This document shows, one piece after another, positions 8,237 through 19,239 of a stretch of DNA of 64,000 nt. The stretch is from Oligoflexales bacterium (GTDB taxonomy: Bacteria; Bdellovibrionota_B; Oligoflexia; Oligoflexales; Bog-1112). Under the pieces are notes generated by a model. That model saw nothing but the letters and a program-made list of their open reading frames with translations, made no database searches and was not told where the DNA came from. The position numbers and the translations under genes were made by a program. The first letter of the stretch is position 1; the number at the start of each line of letters is the position of its first letter. Location of the stretch: positions 11,865 through 75,864 of the forward strand of contig JAGNWK010000003.1 of NCBI GenBank assembly GCA_017985985.1, given 5' to 3'.

Positions 8237-11200
8237 ATGGAACAGACCCGACCAATTGAAATCTCAGATGGACCTGGTATGCAAAAAAATTTTAAAAACA
8301 TAGAAGATCTCCTTGAAGCCTCTATGAAACAGGTCCTCGTGCCTAGGAAAGACGCATCCTCTTCTTTCCAAAACTGGATCCACCTCCTGGGTGGCCATGA
8401 GTTTCTTTTGATCATGCAAATTTTTGGCCTTCTTCACATCCAAGAAAATCAGAAGAATTTTGTACCGAACAGGAAGTTCAAGAAAGTCTTTATCATTCTT
8501 CCTCACCCCAAAGAAATTTTTATTTGGCAGCAAAAAATCGAAATTTTTTTAAAAAATTCATGGCCACTTAAAATCCAACTCTGCTCGCTCCCCTCCTACT
8601 CTACCTGGGGAAGTGAGAAGTACCTGAGCCATCTCGAGCAACAAAGAAGGCGGATGTTCACCTTCCAGTCCTTGCTCGATCAGGATAGCTGCTCGATCGT
8701 TTTGACGACCTTACCAGCACTAGCCCAAAGAACACTTCCCCCCCATGTTCTTGTCGACAACAAACTCGAAGTCGTCGTCGGGCAATCCTATGATATGGAT
8801 CAGTTTAAAGACAGACTCCAATGGATTGGCTATAAAGAAGTTCTACAAGTTGAAGAGAAGGGTCAATATCTCTTACGAGGTGGGATTCTTGATATTTTTC
8901 CCATCAACGAAAAGAACCCTATTCGCATTGAATTTTTTGCCGATGAAATCATCTCTCTCCGCTTCTTCTCAAAGGATTCTCAGCGATCAGAAGAATCTAT
9001 CGAATCGATAACAATCTACCCCTGCTCTGAATTTTATCTGTCGCCAACTCAGAGAAAGGATTCCTCCCAGAAAATATATGAATATCTACTCGATAAAAAT
9101 GCGAAGAAGGAAGATATATCTGGCATCTTAAATGCTCTAGAACATTCCGAAAATTCATCACGAATCGATGCTTTTCATCCGATGCTACGAGGAGAAAAAT
9201 CCTGTATTTTTGACTTCGTTACCCATGAAAACTCTCTGTTTTTTTCTCCCTCTCTTTTTCAAAAATGCTTGGAACTATTTGATTCTTTTAAAAAAGACTG
9301 CGAGTTCCACTATGAAAAAGATTTAGAAGCTCAACACCCTTGCCTCCCTTTTCAAGATCATTTTTTAAATGATCTTGAACTTGTCCAAAATTTAAATCCA
9401 TTTTTAAAATATGAATTAGGCAATCCTGTTGCCAACTCTGAGTCTGAGACCGAATCTCTGTGGAGGTGGACAGCCCAAGCACCGGCAGAATTTGACAATA
9501 CCACAGCCGATAAAAAGCCCTTTATGATCGCTACTGAGAAACTCCATGAGTATCTCTCCCGAGGTGGACAATGCGTCATTCTGAGCGACCAGATCGAAAA
9601 AATGAAAATTTTAGCCCAGATGCTTGGGCTAGCTTCTCCTGATCACGAGTCCCAAAAAGACAATCCCTTTCCCCACATGTTCCAGAATACGCGACTGAGT
9701 CGATCTCTTCAGATGGCTTATGGCTCGATCGACAGGACGCACTGGGATGAACTGAGTGATGTATTGATCTTGCCGGATTCCTTTCTTTTGGGTAGAAAAA
9801 AAATCCAACAAGAATCTTCCCATAAACGACTCAAAAAAGCTATCGCTCCCACATTTGACTTAAATCACCATGATTTTGTCGTTCATACCCATCACGGGGT
9901 GGGGCGTTATCATGGGATATCACAGCTCACTATCGACGGCAGTTTGGAGGAATTTATCCTCGTCTCCTACCGCGATGCAGATAAACTGTATCTCCCTATT
10001 TATAAAATTACGGATTTAAAAAAATATGGTGATGCTGGGTCAAATACGGAAGCCCCTCTCGACAAGCTAGGGGGCCAGACGTTCCGCGTTAAGAAAGAGA
10101 AAATATTCCAAAGCATCAAAGATTTTTCTGAAGAACTGATCCAAATTCAAGCTTCTCGAAAAATGTCCAAAGCTTACCGTTATAGTTCTCCTTCTCAAAT
10201 GTACCAAGATTTTATCGACGACTTCCCCTATCAAGAGACTCAGGATCAGATTCGATCTATGAATGAAATCGAAGCCGATATGAGTGGTTTTCACATCATG
10301 GACCGTCTAATCATCGGTGATGTTGGTTTTGGAAAGACTGAGCTAGCTCTTCGAGCCTGTATGCGTGCTATCCTCGATGGCTTTCAAGTTCTATTCCTCG
10401 TCCCCACAACCATTCTTTGCTATCAACATTATGAAAACTTTAGATTCCGACTTGAAAAATTTGGAGTGAGACTTTCTCATCTGAGTCGGCTCGTCGGTAA
10501 AAAAGAAAAAGAATCGATACTTGAATCTCTGGGGAATGGCTCTCTCGATCTTATCATCGGGACACATCGTCTGCTATCAAGCGACATCAAACCCAAAAAT
10601 CTAGGCCTTCTTGTCATCGATGAAGAACAAAAATTTGGCGTTTCCCACAAAGAACGATTAAAAAAATTAAAATCGAATGTCGATGTTCTTTCTTTGTCGG
10701 CGACACCCATTCCCAGAACATTACACATGTCTATTTTGGGATTAAAAGACGTGTCAGCTCTGACATCTCCTCCTGAGAATAGACTTCCTGTCAAAACTGT
10801 CATAGCCCATTATGACCAGGCTCTGATCAAGACCGCTCTCGAATCCGAGTTGAGACGGGGTGGACAAGTCTTTTTTGTCCATAATAAAATTGAAGACCTC
10901 GATCAAATCTCTTCGAGTTTAAAAAAACTGCTTCCTCATGCCAAAATAAGATCAGCTCATGGTCAAATGGCTGAAGAAAAACTCGAACCGCTCATCATAG
11001 ATTTTTTAGAACAAAAATTTCAAATTCTGGTGTGTACAACGATCATTGAATCTGGCATCGACATGCCCAACGTCAACACGCTCATTGTCAATCATGCCGA
11101 TAAATATGGTATTTCACAGCTTCATCAGCTCCGCGGACGCGTTGGTCGATCATCTACCCAGGGGCATGCCTATTTTCTATTTGATAAGGAAAAATCTATA

Positions 11201-11887
11201 AACGAAGACTCCCTGAAAAGGCTTGAGATTCTTGATCTCCATCAGGAATTGGGCGCTGGATTTCATATTGCTCACTATGATATGGGGGCTCGAGGTGTAG
11301 GCAATCTCCTCGGAAGAGAGCAATCCGGTCACGTCACAAGCGTAGGGCTTGACATGTATGTTGAGATGCTGGAAGAAGCCATTCAGCAGTCCAACAGTGA
11401 TGGCCAAGAAAAAATCTATAATCCTGAAATTAAGATAGGAATCCCTGCCTTCGCACCCAGCTCCTTTATCCCCAATGAAAGAGAACGGATTCAAATTTAT
11501 AGAGAGCTCTTTTCGGCAAGCCAAGCTGAGGAGATTTGGACCTTGCAAGAATCGATTCAGGATCGATTCGGCAAAATTCCCCAAACTTTTATCAACCTGA
11601 TAAAAACAGCCATCTTAAGACTACAGCTACTCTCGATAAAAGCCAGATCGCTCATTCGGACAGACACTAAAAACAACAGATTTGAAATAAAATTCATCGC
11701 CCTAAAGTCCAATGAAAGCTCTTCGATGGAAAAGATAGCACTTCAAAATTCCAAAAACTGCCTCTGGTCGAAAAACAAGTCTCAATTGCAACTTTTTTTC
11801 CCAAGCGATCCACTTGCTGAGAGTTCGTCAAATGATTTTTTAGATAAAATATCTGCACTTCTCAGCAGATTTCTCACAGACATTTAG
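8237..11887 (+). CDS. mfd: Transcription-repair coupling factor Mfd
   Basis: CarD-like segment FVVHTHHGVGRYHG. SF2 helicase motifs GDVGFGKTE, DEEQKFG, SATPIPRT, QLHQLRGRVGRS. The start is uncertain: in-frame ATGs occur at 8237, 8279 and 8324. Confidence 0.92.
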   Translation: MEQTRPIEISDGPGMQKNFKNIEDLLEASMKQVLVPRKDASSSFQNWIHLLGGHEFLLIMQIFGLLHIQENQKNFVPNRKFKKVFIILPHPKEIFIWQQKIEIFLKNSWPLKIQLCSLPSYSTWGSEKYLSHLEQQRRRMFTFQSLLDQDSCSIVLTTLPALAQRTLPPHVLVDNKLEVVVGQSYDMDQFKDRLQWIGYKEVLQVEEKGQYLLRGGILDIFPINEKNPIRIEFFADEIISLRFFSKDSQRSEESIESITIYPCSEFYLSPTQRKDSSQKIYEYLLDKNAKKEDISGILNALEHSENSSRIDAFHPMLRGEKSCIFDFVTHENSLFFSPSLFQKCLELFDSFKKDCEFHYEKDLEAQHPCLPFQDHFLNDLELVQNLNPFLKYELGNPVANSESETESLWRWTAQAPAEFDNTTADKKPFMIATEKLHEYLSRGGQCVILSDQIEKMKILAQMLGLASPDHESQKDNPFPHMFQNTRLSRSLQMAYGSIDRTHWDELSDVLILPDSFLLGRKKIQQESSHKRLKKAIAPTFDLNHHDFVVHTHHGVGRYHGISQLTIDGSLEEFILVSYRDADKLYLPIYKITDLKKYGDAGSNTEAPLDKLGGQTFRVKKEKIFQSIKDFSEELIQIQASRKMSKAYRYSSPSQMYQDFIDDFPYQETQDQIRSMNEIEADMSGFHIMDRLIIGDVGFGKTELALRACMRAILDGFQVLFLVPTTILCYQHYENFRFRLEKFGVRLSHLSRLVGKKEKESILESLGNGSLDLIIGTHRLLSSDIKPKNLGLLVIDEEQKFGVSHKERLKKLKSNVDVLSLSATPIPRTLHMSILGLKDVSALTSPPENRLPVKTVIAHYDQALIKTALESELRRGGQVFFVHNKIEDLDQISSSLKKLLPHAKIRSAHGQMAEEKLEPLIIDFLEQKFQILVCTTIIESGIDMPNVNTLIVNHADKYGISQLHQLRGRVGRSSTQGHAYFLFDKEKSINEDSLKRLEILDLHQELGAGFHIAHYDMGARGVGNLLGREQSGHVTSVGLDMYVEMLEEAIQQSNSDGQEKIYNPEIKIGIPAFAPSSFIPNERERIQIYRELFSASQAEEIWTLQESIQDRFGKIPQTFINLIKTAILRLQLLSIKARSLIRTDTKNNRFEIKFIALKSNESSSMEKIALQNSKNCLWSKNKSQLQLFFPSDPLAESSSNDFLDKISALLSRFLTDI

Positions 11888-11895
11888 GATTATTT

Positions 11896-12945
11896 ATGAA
11901 CTTTAAGAAATTGATCAGAATTTTTTTATCTTTCTGCTTAGCTTTTGCCACAGGCCTTCTTTTATGGAAAATGAAAAAAAACCCTACCCGTGCTAGCCTA
12001 GAAAATTTGAGTCTTCGAGAAAGCCTCCAAAGTCAGCTTGAAGAGCATCCAAAAGACGCAAAGAATTCGCAACCCATTCCATCCGAAGAATTTCTCATTC
12101 GAATCCAGGATGAAGAGATTCGAGATAGTGATATCAATTTTGAATATGATCTTTACATGGCAGGATTTGAAAAAGAGTCAGATCTTCTGCTCGATTTGGT
12201 TTCGAGAAAAGTGCCACACGAAAAAATTGAACCGCTTAGACAAAAAGTGCTCGACAGCCTCGTAGAAAGAAAGCTCCTGCACAAGTACATTCTACAAGAC
12301 AGAGAATTCGAACCTAAGCTGGCGATATGGACCCGAAAATGTGAGAAAAGTTGGGAAGAGAAGAAAAAAGAACCTTCCATTAAAGAGCTGCTTGATAAAG
12401 AAGGCTATGCTGTAAGATTCCAAAAAAGACTCTGCGAGCTCGTCTTAGTCGAGCAATATATCCAAGAAAAGATAGACTCTAAAATTTCCATCGAGCAAAA
12501 TGAAAAAAAAGTGTACTTTGATAGTCATCCTGATGAGTATCAGCATCCAGAGATGGTTAAAATTCATCATATCGTTATGCAGGATGAAAAAGAGGCCAAG
12601 AGGATACGCTCAAAGCTGACGAAACAAAATTTTTCAGATTTTGCGAGAACCTATTCAAGTGGTGGCGAGGCTGAGACCGGCGGTGTTTTAGGTCCTTTCC
12701 CGAAGGGTGTGATGCCTGCGTTCTTCGACGTTGCTTTTTCGATGCAAGTCGGAGACATCAGTCCAGTCATCAAGTCTGATTTTGGCTACCATATCATCAT
12801 GCTCGTTAGACAGATTCCGAGTGGGCACATGAGCTTTCTAGAGGCTGCTCCGAGAATTGAAAAAACTCTGAGCAAACGAGTTCGAGAAAAGCAGTATGAA
12901 AATTTAATCGACAAAGCTCTGCGAGTTATAAAAATACAAATGTAG
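11896..12945 (+). CDS. Parvulin-type peptidyl-prolyl isomerase (PrsA/PpiD-like), membrane anchored
   Basis: N-terminal TM segment. Parvulin domain VKIHHIVMQDEKEAKRIRSKL...GGVLGPFPKGVMPAFFDVAFSMQVGDISPVIKSDFGYHIIML. Confidence 0.8.
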   Translation: MNFKKLIRIFLSFCLAFATGLLLWKMKKNPTRASLENLSLRESLQSQLEEHPKDAKNSQPIPSEEFLIRIQDEEIRDSDINFEYDLYMAGFEKESDLLLDLVSRKVPHEKIEPLRQKVLDSLVERKLLHKYILQDREFEPKLAIWTRKCEKSWEEKKKEPSIKELLDKEGYAVRFQKRLCELVLVEQYIQEKIDSKISIEQNEKKVYFDSHPDEYQHPEMVKIHHIVMQDEKEAKRIRSKLTKQNFSDFARTYSSGGEAETGGVLGPFPKGVMPAFFDVAFSMQVGDISPVIKSDFGYHIIMLVRQIPSGHMSFLEAAPRIEKTLSKRVREKQYENLIDKALRVIKIQM

Positions 12946-12958
12946 GGACGATCATCGT

Positions 12959-13930
12959 ATGAGAATCCGGAATATTTCCTTCGTATCCATAATGACATGG
13001 CTAACACTCACAAGCACATTCACCTCTGTCGCTGCACCCCAACTGCTCGACCGCATAGTCGCTATTATTAACAACAAACCAATCCTACAATCCGATATCA
13101 CAGAAAAAATCAGTACAGGACTTCTCGTAAAGATATCTGATTTTCCTTCTTCTCCCAAAGACAGCCCCTTCGATCGAGCTTTAAATGACTCCATCAATGT
13201 TCAGCTTATCTTAGACGAAGCCAAACGATTTGACATCGAGGTTGAAGATGATCAGGTTGAAAAGCAAATTCAAGAGATGATGAAGGACAATGGACAGACA
13301 AAGCCCTGGCTCATCGACTTCCTCGCTCAGCAAAATAAAACGTACGAGGATTACAAAAAAGATATCCGTGAACATATGATCTTATTCAAGTTTAAAGGGA
13401 GAGCTATCCGCCCTCTCATTAAAATTACTAAAAAAGATGTAGAGCACTATTATCTTAAGAAGCAGGGTTCGACAGTCGACGCTGTTGAACTTTCTATCCG
13501 TCAAATTTTCATTTCTGCAGACACCAAAAGTGACAGTCCTTTTACAGCAGAGAAAAGAAAAATGGCGCAGGAAGTTTATCAAACTCTACAGAGTGGCGTC
13601 CCCTTTTTAGAAGTCGAAAAAATCTACTCTGATCGATCTGATGCACGACAGGGGGTAGAGGCTCATGCGTACCGACTCAAAGATTTTTCTCCAGACATTC
13701 GCCAAGAACTTGAGAAGCTCCAGATTGGAGAATTTTCTCGACCAGTAGAGACAAGCTCTGGATTTTTTCTCTTTTTTCTTGAAAATAAAAAGTTCACAGG
13801 TAGTCAAGATTATCAATCTAAAGCAAAAGAGCTTGAAAATGAACTCCTAGCTGTCGAAATTGAAGCTCAGCTGATCAATTGGATAAAAACAGCACGAGCC
13901 AAAGCTAAGATCACTTATATCCAAGAATAA
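12959..13930 (+). CDS. SurA-like periplasmic chaperone
   Basis: Signal peptide followed by LDRIVAIINNKPILQSDI (SurA N-domain signature). The downstream parvulin-like region is degenerate. Confidence 0.7.
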   Translation: MRIRNISFVSIMTWLTLTSTFTSVAAPQLLDRIVAIINNKPILQSDITEKISTGLLVKISDFPSSPKDSPFDRALNDSINVQLILDEAKRFDIEVEDDQVEKQIQEMMKDNGQTKPWLIDFLAQQNKTYEDYKKDIREHMILFKFKGRAIRPLIKITKKDVEHYYLKKQGSTVDAVELSIRQIFISADTKSDSPFTAEKRKMAQEVYQTLQSGVPFLEVEKIYSDRSDARQGVEAHAYRLKDFSPDIRQELEKLQIGEFSRPVETSSGFFLFFLENKKFTGSQDYQSKAKELENELLAVEIEAQLINWIKTARAKAKITYIQE

Positions 13931-13960
13931 CCCTCAGAGCTGTAGCAAGGAGGGGACAGC

Positions 13961-15625
13961 ATGCAGATCTACAAGTCTAGTTTTTGGTTTTCACTGGGAA
14001 CCCTTGTCAGTCGCTTGACAGGCCTGCTCAGAGAATCCATCACAGCGGCTCTCTTCGGAGCAGGAACTCTGCTAGACTCTTTCCTAATCGCCAATCGCAT
14101 TCCCAACCTGCTGAGAGATTTACTAGCAGAGGGCGCCCTAGGTTCATCTTTTACAAAAATATATGCTGAACTCTGGGAAAATGACAAAGCGAGAGCTCTT
14201 CGCTTTTTCAAAGACAGCCTGAAATTTTTTTCCTATCTGATGCTTTTTATTTGTATCTTAGGGATTATTTTTTCAAAACAGCTTGTCCTACTCACTACTA
14301 TGTTCTTGGATAGCTCTGAGACAAAACAGATTTTTTTCATTCATAACACCATTGGACTGACAAAAATCCTCTTCCCCTTCATAGGCCTCATGACCGTGGC
14401 CTCTATTTTTTCAGGAGTTCTCCACAGAGAAGGTCGATTCTTCCTTAGTGCCGTGTCTCCTGTCACACAAAATATGGGATATATTCTAGGAGCCCTCTAC
14501 TTTTCATCTCTGATGAGCCTAGCTCCTGATTGGTGGGAATCCCTGATAGCTGAGAGGACAATCTCAGGACTGGCCCTCGGAGTATTGTTCGGTGGTGTAG
14601 CCTACGCTTGGACGCAGTATATCACGATCCCTAAGACGATCAGACAAGCGGCTTTAGTCGACAGTCCTCCTCAAAGCCTATTGTCCGTTCTGAAATCTTC
14701 AGACTTGCGGCGCATGCTAGCTATGATGAGCCCCATGTTGATCGCAGGAAGTTCAGGTCAAATCAACGTGCTCGTGAATTCCAATTTTGCAACATCTCTT
14801 GGAGAAGGAGCTGTGAGCTGGTTGAATTGCAGTTTCCGACTGCTGCAGCTACCCATAGGCATATTTGCAGTTGCTGTGAGTTCCGTCGCGCTTCCCTCCC
14901 TTACTAAAGAAGTAGCCATTGCCAAGCAGTTTTCTCAAAATAAGAACGCCCTCAGCCAAAAGCTGGAGGAAGCCCTGGGACTGATGCTCTGGCTGATGAC
15001 CTTCTGCTGGGCCTTTATCTTTGCCAACTCGCTCGCTATCATTCAAATTATTTATCAATACGGTAAATTTAGTTACACCTCATCACTCGCCACAGCTGAA
15101 TCCTTGTACTGCTATAGCTTTTCTCTCATCGGTTATGGACTCTTGAAAGTCTTAACTTCTTTCTACTATGCGATTGAACGTACGAAGTACGCTATGAAGA
15201 TAAGCCTCTTCAGCATAGGACTGAATGCCACAGCCAATTACCTTCTCGTCGATCGCTTTAGACACCAAGGCCTTGCCATGACAGCCTCCCTGGTGATCAG
15301 CATGAATGCCTTATTTTTGCTTGTAGGGCTGAGAAAAGAGAAGCTCGCATGGCGTTATCCTCTTGTGTTCCGTTGCCTGTTTTTTTTAGCTTCAAGCTTT
15401 TTTGTTTCTGTAGTCCTCCAAAATGTGTGCACTCGACTGCTTGAAGCTAGTATCCTGTCCGCACTGGGGCTTTACAGCGGCCTCTTCCTCTCCCTCAGTT
15501 TGAGCGCCGGTATAACGGTCTTTGTTTTTATAGCTGGATCAGCTCTGTTTTTGAAACGATCCCCCTTCGTTTTACTCCGTCAACTTTCAAGAAAAAGGAG
15601 ACATCATGTTTCAAACAAAGAATGA
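13961..15625 (+). CDS. murJ: Lipid II flippase MurJ (MviN)
   Basis: SRLTGLLRESITAALFGAG...DSFLIANRIPNLLRDLLAEGALGSSF, and a 554-aa polytopic MOP-family profile. Confidence 0.88.
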   Translation: MQIYKSSFWFSLGTLVSRLTGLLRESITAALFGAGTLLDSFLIANRIPNLLRDLLAEGALGSSFTKIYAELWENDKARALRFFKDSLKFFSYLMLFICILGIIFSKQLVLLTTMFLDSSETKQIFFIHNTIGLTKILFPFIGLMTVASIFSGVLHREGRFFLSAVSPVTQNMGYILGALYFSSLMSLAPDWWESLIAERTISGLALGVLFGGVAYAWTQYITIPKTIRQAALVDSPPQSLLSVLKSSDLRRMLAMMSPMLIAGSSGQINVLVNSNFATSLGEGAVSWLNCSFRLLQLPIGIFAVAVSSVALPSLTKEVAIAKQFSQNKNALSQKLEEALGLMLWLMTFCWAFIFANSLAIIQIIYQYGKFSYTSSLATAESLYCYSFSLIGYGLLKVLTSFYYAIERTKYAMKISLFSIGLNATANYLLVDRFRHQGLAMTASLVISMNALFLLVGLRKEKLAWRYPLVFRCLFFLASSFFVSVVLQNVCTRLLEASILSALGLYSGLFLSLSLSAGITVFVFIAGSALFLKRSPFVLLRQLSRKRRHHVSNKE

Positions 15626-18600
15626 AGACCCAAAAAACGCCTCTCTTACATCTTCTGACATCTCAACATTTACAGACGATTCCATACAATTTCTCAGAAC
15701 ATACAGACCCAAACACCAGATTCGTTTTGTCACAGCCACTTCTTTGTTTGATGGACATGACGCCAGCATCAACATCATGCGCCGCTTGTTACAGGCTCGA
15801 GGCGCTGAAGTCATCCATCTTGGACACAATCGCTCCGCTCAAGATGTCGTGCAAGCTGCTTTAGAAGAGGATGTTCAGGCGATTGCTCTATCGAGTTATC
15901 AGGGGGGCCACATGGAGTATTTTCGTTACATACGAGAACTCCTGGATGCCGAAGGTGCTCATCAAGTTAAAATCGTAGGAGGAGGAGGAGGAGTCATCTC
16001 CCCCAAGGAGATTAAAGAACTAGAGAGCCATGGTATCTTTAAGATTTATAGCCCAGAAGAAGGGCAAAGACTCGGGCTAGACGGCATAATCGGACACATC
16101 CTATTCAATGCAGACTTTACTTACCAAGACTGGGGCGTTCCAGCTCCCAGTCCGGTCTCTTATCTTGCAAGAGCCCTAACTCTCCTAGAAAACGGATCTC
16201 TCACCCTGACTGAACTGCTCCCCCCTCACAAAAGTCACCCTCCCCAATCACAGTCGGATACAAAAAAAACTATCCCCGTTCTCGGCCTTACAGGAACAGG
16301 GGGGGCAGGAAAAAGTTCTCTCCTCGATGAGTTATTACAGCGATTTCTGTATGATTTTCCTCTTCTCAAAATTGCTGTCATCTGTGTTGATCCTTCTAAG
16401 AAGAAAACCAACGGAGCCCTGTTAGGAGATCGAATCCGCATCAATTCCTGCGCAAACTCAAGATTATTTTTGCGAAGTTTTGCCAATAAATCTTCAGGCA
16501 ACGAACTTTCGAAGATCTGTGGTGATGCCATCACCTTTTTAAAATCACAAGACTTTGATCTGATCGTCATTGAGACAAGCGGGATTGGTCAAGCCGACAG
16601 TGGTGTCACTGCTTTTTCTGATCTCAGCCTTTATGTGATGACACCCGAATATGGGGCACAAACTCAGCTTGAAAAAATAGATATGCTCGATTTCGCTGAC
16701 TTCATAGCTGTCAATAAATACGAACGCCAGCAGGGCCCCGACTCTGTTCGCGATGTAAGAACTCTTTTAAGACGCAATCGTTATAAGGGTGTGCCTCTCA
16801 AAAGTGACGATGACTACCCCGTTTTTGGCACCATCGCCAGTCGCTTCAATGATGATGGAACGAGTGCTCTCTACCGAGCGATCACTCATAAATTAGCAGA
16901 AAAGTCACCCGTCTTCAAAATTGACATCTCCCAGAATCGCTCCTACTCAGTGGTGTCCTCTCATCGAGAAGCTCTCATTCCATCGACACGCACGCATTAT
17001 CTGAGCCAAATTGCTGATTCAGTCAGAAACTATCATCAAAAAACAAAAGAACATATCTCTCATATCAAAAGCCTAGAATCACTCGAAACAAGTTCGGAAC
17101 TCATAGATAACCCGTCCCTAAAAGGCGCCCTTTTAGCGGAAAAGAAAAAATTTGAACAGAAAATTCCACCTCTTCTCCTCAAAGAGCTGCGGGAATGGCC
17201 GCAGACAAAAAAAAGGTATGAGTCGGATCTGTTTACCTACAATGTCCGAGGAAAAGAAGTCCGTGTCGATGCGCAGTTTGAAACCCTCTCCCGTCTTAGA
17301 CTTCCCAAAGTGACACCCCCAGCTCTCGTCAGCTGGACAGACATCTCTCGATTCCTCCTCCTAGAAAATTTTCCTGGGAGTTTCCCCTTCACTGCAGGTA
17401 TCTTTCCTTTTAGACGTCAGGAGGAAGATCCAAAGCGGCAATTTGCGGGAGAAGGTGGTCCCAGGCAAACGAATGAACGCTTTCACTATCTATCGAAAAA
17501 TGACAAAGCCAAACGTCTGAGTACGGCTTTTGACAGCGTCACCCTCTACGGAGCCGAACCTCACGAAAGGCCTGATATTTATGGAAAAGTGGGAGAGTCC
17601 GGGGTCTCCATCGCTCACCTTGAAGATATGAGGCTGCTCTACCGAGGGTTTGATCTCAGCTCTCCCCTCACCAGCGTCTCTATGACGATCAACGGTCCAG
17701 CTCCGATTATTTTAGCTATGTTTTTTAATGCGGCTATCGATCAGGCTACGGGTAGATTCCAAGATAAAATGCAAAGAGCACCCTCACCGGAAGAATATCA
17801 AAAGATTTTCGACGAAACGCTCAGTACAGTCCGAGGCACTGTCCAAGCTGACATCTTGAAAGAAGACCAGGCACAGAACACCTGTATTTTCTCGATTGAA
17901 TTCGCCCTTAAAATGATGGGGGACATGCAGGAATATTTTGTTAAGAAATCCGTTCGAAATTATTATGCTGTATCCATTTCTGGGTATCACATAGCCGAAG
18001 CTGGGGCTAATCCCATCACACAGTTAGCCTTTACCCTCGCTAATGGCTTTACTTATGTTGAATATTATCTCCGACGTGGTTTGAAGATAAATGACTTTGC
18101 ACCCAACCTATCGTTCTTTTTTTCAAATGGCCTTGATGCCGAATACTCTGTTCTAGGTCGGGTTGCTCGCCGGATCTGGGCTATTGCTATGAAAGATATC
18201 TATGGCGGGGATGAACGAGCTCAGAAATTAAAATATCACATTCAAACTTCTGGGCGTTCTCTGCATGCCCAGGAAATGGATTTCAACGACATCCGTACGA
18301 CCCTGCAAGCCCTACTAGCCCTTTATGACAACTGCAACTCTCTCCATACCAATGCCTATGATGAGGCCCTCACCACACCCACAGAACATAGTGTCCGACG
18401 GGCCATGGCTATTCAGCTCATTATCAATCGCGAGTTTGGCCCAAACAAATGTGAAAATGTAAATCAAGGTTCTTACTTTATAGACACTTTAACGGACATC
18501 GTTGAAGAAGCTGTCTTGAAAGAGTTCGAAGCGATCTCGTCCAGAGGTGGTGTTCTCGGAGCCCTGGAGACACAGTATCAGAGAAGTAAAATCCAAGAAG

Positions 18601-18932
18601 AAAGTATGTACTACGAACACCTCAAACACACTGGGGAACTCCCACTGATCGGAGTCAATACATTTCTACCTAATAAAGGAGAGCAGGAGCGCAAAGAAAT
18701 CGAACTCATTCGTTGCAGTTACGAAGCCAAAAATCAGCAGCTCGAACGATTAAACCATTTCAAGACGGAGCAATCTCATCGCAAAGACAAAGCTCTGCGA
18801 GATCTGGAACAGACGGTTCTTGAAAATGGCAATGTCTTTGCTGAACTTATGCGGACCGTCCGGCACTGCTCTCTCGGTGAGATCACCGAATCTCTCTACC
18901 GTGTGGGAGGGCAGTATCGTCGATCGATGTAG
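15606..18932 (+). CDS. icmF: Fused isobutyryl-CoA mutase (IcmF-type: B12-binding domain + MeaB-like GTPase + mutase barrel)
   Basis: B12 domain LFDGHDASINIMRRLL. P-loop LTGTGGAGKSSL and NKYE (G4-like). Mutase core RQFAGEGGP..TNERFHYL, SMTINGPAP, GYHIAEAGA, FFFSNG. Length 1108 aa. Overlaps the murJ 3' end by 20 nt. Confidence 0.88.
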   Translation: MFQTKNEDPKNASLTSSDISTFTDDSIQFLRTYRPKHQIRFVTATSLFDGHDASINIMRRLLQARGAEVIHLGHNRSAQDVVQAALEEDVQAIALSSYQGGHMEYFRYIRELLDAEGAHQVKIVGGGGGVISPKEIKELESHGIFKIYSPEEGQRLGLDGIIGHILFNADFTYQDWGVPAPSPVSYLARALTLLENGSLTLTELLPPHKSHPPQSQSDTKKTIPVLGLTGTGGAGKSSLLDELLQRFLYDFPLLKIAVICVDPSKKKTNGALLGDRIRINSCANSRLFLRSFANKSSGNELSKICGDAITFLKSQDFDLIVIETSGIGQADSGVTAFSDLSLYVMTPEYGAQTQLEKIDMLDFADFIAVNKYERQQGPDSVRDVRTLLRRNRYKGVPLKSDDDYPVFGTIASRFNDDGTSALYRAITHKLAEKSPVFKIDISQNRSYSVVSSHREALIPSTRTHYLSQIADSVRNYHQKTKEHISHIKSLESLETSSELIDNPSLKGALLAEKKKFEQKIPPLLLKELREWPQTKKRYESDLFTYNVRGKEVRVDAQFETLSRLRLPKVTPPALVSWTDISRFLLLENFPGSFPFTAGIFPFRRQEEDPKRQFAGEGGPRQTNERFHYLSKNDKAKRLSTAFDSVTLYGAEPHERPDIYGKVGESGVSIAHLEDMRLLYRGFDLSSPLTSVSMTINGPAPIILAMFFNAAIDQATGRFQDKMQRAPSPEEYQKIFDETLSTVRGTVQADILKEDQAQNTCIFSIEFALKMMGDMQEYFVKKSVRNYYAVSISGYHIAEAGANPITQLAFTLANGFTYVEYYLRRGLKINDFAPNLSFFFSNGLDAEYSVLGRVARRIWAIAMKDIYGGDERAQKLKYHIQTSGRSLHAQEMDFNDIRTTLQALLALYDNCNSLHTNAYDEALTTPTEHSVRRAMAIQLIINREFGPNKCENVNQGSYFIDTLTDIVEEAVLKEFEAISSRGGVLGALETQYQRSKIQEESMYYEHLKHTGELPLIGVNTFLPNKGEQERKEIELIRCSYEAKNQQLERLNHFKTEQSHRKDKALRDLEQTVLENGNVFAELMRTVRHCSLGEITESLYRVGGQYRRSM

Positions 18933-18936
18933 ATCG

Positions 18937-18989
18937 GTCATCACCACGCCGTAGGCCGAGGAACGAGGCCGTTAGGCGGTCAGGTGATC
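18937..18989. repeat. Half-copy of the 7229-7386 palindromic element
   Basis: GTCATCACCACGCCGTAGGCCGAGGAACGAGGCCGTTAGGCGGTCAGGTGATC equals the reverse complement of 7248-7300 with 2 mismatches. It lies immediately after the icmF stop. Confidence 0.9.
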
Positions 18990-19239
18990 TCCAATTTCGG
19001 AGACTGCATAATCGTTCAGAAGCAGTAGATTGTGAGAGGAAGAGGCCGGCGCTACGGTCAGCACCTCCCATCCTCTTTCGTTCGCGAAGTTAGGACCAAA
19101 CCAAAGCAAATCCTCAACGCGAACTCAACCCGGATGGGAACCCTCCGCCCTGCTGTCCTCTTCCTCTCACAGCCTACTGCCCTACTCCGAGACCGTCACC
19201 CTGGGCAAGTCCACCGAAAACGAAAAGCACACAACCCCC

